Below, in pieces: positions 52,664 to 64,000 of a stretch of DNA of 64,000 bases. The stretch is from assembly GCF_009914755.1 (NCBI RefSeq), contig NC_060941.1, one strand, 5' to 3'. Positions within the stretch are counted from its first letter, which is position 1, and the number at the start of each line of letters is the position of its first letter. A program made the position numbers and the translations under genes. The stretch comes from the human T2T-CHM13v2.0 reference genome, Homo sapiens. Below the pieces are notes generated by a model that was not told where the DNA came from, made no database searches, and was given only the letters and a program-made list of their open reading frames with translations.

Positions 52664-53488
52664 GAGGAGATAAGGTGGCTTCTCACGGCCTGAGCTGGAG
52701 TGGTGTGTCTTGTCTGTCCCCACGAGGCCTCTGGACCTCCTGTGTTCTGAACTCTGTACCTGAGACCGGGCTGGGTTGGTAAGCGGGGACAATGGGAGGT
52801 GCTGTGGGGTTCCTGGCTCCTTTCCTCCTGGCAGGTGGGCAAAGGCACCAAGGCGGCATCCTCACAGTAGCCCATTGCTCGGTGGGGGGGGGGGGTGTCC
52901 TTATTCTCCCCAGCCTCATGGATGCCGCTTCCCACCCTTAGCCCCTAGGGTGGGGGAGAGTGGGGAGCAGCAGGATGGGGCAGAGGCGGGAGGCCTGTGC
53001 TGTAGAGGCAGCTTGGGGCAGGGAAGCTGGTGCAGGGCCCTCTGCCCATGGTAATCAAGTGGTCATACCCGGTGCCTCACTGGCCGTCCTCAGTGTGGTG
53101 GGTGAGGCACTGGCACAGGGAGTGGACTCGTCCCCGGGTGGGGTGACAGGTCCCCTCAGTGCCATCCCCATCAGGGCAGGCCACCCTGGGCCCAGGCAGC
53201 CCCTTCCCTGCTCTGGAGCCAAGGCAGAACAGGTAGGGGTGGGAACCCCAGGGCCCTAAGGATTCAACCCAGCCCTCCCAAGTGGACCCCTGGGGTCTCC
53301 CACGTGACCCCAATCTGCTTTCTGGCCCAACTAATTCCCCAAGATGCTCCACAAGTTTTCTGCTGTCCACCGGGCCAAACTGCTGTCTCTGAGCGGCTGA
53401 TGGCTGACCCCTCACCTCACCCCCAAATCCCAGTTTCATGCTACCTGAGGTCTCCGTTAAAGACAATGTACTGCCATAAAGAATATTA

Positions 53489-53494
53489 TTTAAT
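53489..53494 (-). terminator. RHBDF2 polyadenylation signal (ATTAAA)
   Basis: TTTAAT on plus in the only AT-rich patch, ~715 nt after the RHBDF2 stop. Confidence 0.7.
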
Positions 53495-54208
53495 CCATGA
53501 GACATCGTCCGTACAAAGTTAGCGTTACTTTTAAAAATGAAGACCGTGATATAAACTGGTAAAAAACGGGCCTGATGCGCCTCGAGCACTCCCTGGGAGC
53601 AGGCCCTGGGGTGGCTCCGCCCAGTGTCGTTCTACCTGAGGTCTACTTGTGTCTCCCCCCTTGTTCTCTGCCCCCAGACCATGGCCAAAGCCTTTCCCAC
53701 AATGTCCCATCTGAGAGCCTTATGGATGGGCTCACAGGGCAGAGGTAGGAGGAGAAAGAGGAAGGGGCATGGTGGGCACCCAGCCCTGGGGGCAACTGAG
53801 GGCACAGCCACGTCCCCAGCAAGGGCACGCTCCAGTAGTAGTGGGGGAGAAGGCACCAGCAGAGGCAGCGCTGAGGACCTGGGAAGAAAAGGACCCTGCC
53901 CCAGGAGATGGTCTCAGCAAGGAGCGGGATATTAGGAACTGAGACCCAAGACTCAGAGAGGCAGGTGCCTTGGGTGTGCCTGAGCTTGGGTCAGGATCTC
54001 ACAGGCCTCACGCCCCAGAAAAACCCCGCCTTAACCAACCATCTCACGCGGAGTCAGCCTCGCCTGGCAGGGGGGCACCCAGGTCCAGAGCCCGGGCCCT
54101 GTCTTGGGTCTCTGGCTCTCTGGCACACAGAGAGCGCTCTGCAGAGGGCAGCCCTCGCAGGCAGACCCTGTTCCAGCAGGGCTGAGGGGCAGCCGTGTGG
54201 CCCAGCGG

Positions 54209-64000
<9,792 letters not shown>

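Overview
Human (primate) genomic DNA, recognised from its encoded proteins as the UBE2O - AANAT - RHBDF2 locus (chr17q25). Bases 1-35305 are part of the very large, Alu-rich intron 1 of UBE2O (minus strand). It holds a full-length processed RPL7 pseudogene, L1/L2/MIR/hAT remnants and a tiny polyA retro-insertion. UBE2O exon 1 (CDS 35722-35306) lies in a CpG island. AANAT (plus strand) has a non-coding exon ending at 50303 and three coding exons (51323-52546, 207 aa). An upstream exon with a strong-Kozak ATG (48749-48808) splices in frame to give a 45-aa N-terminally extended form. RHBDF2/iRhom2 (minus strand) converges on AANAT: 16 complete coding exons plus one cut by the window edge, all phase-consistent. 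I found no evidence for a wholly new biological system, and most short ORFs in the track are Alu or GC-rich artefacts. The best leads are: a GC-AG donor in RHBDF2 overlapped by a frame-shifting GTAAG; two stop-free in-frame RHBDF2 introns; an out-of-frame upstream ATG over UBE2O exon 1; the extended AANAT isoform and head-to-head UBE2O/AANAT arrangement; perfect NF-E2/NRF2-type elements in UBE2O intron 1; a 35-bp pure-AT palindrome and a 65-bp direct repeat upstream of AANAT; an 18-nt orphan retro-insertion; and a re-used Alu target site. Exon coordinates were read by hand from splice sites. Repeat boundaries and subfamily names are approximate.
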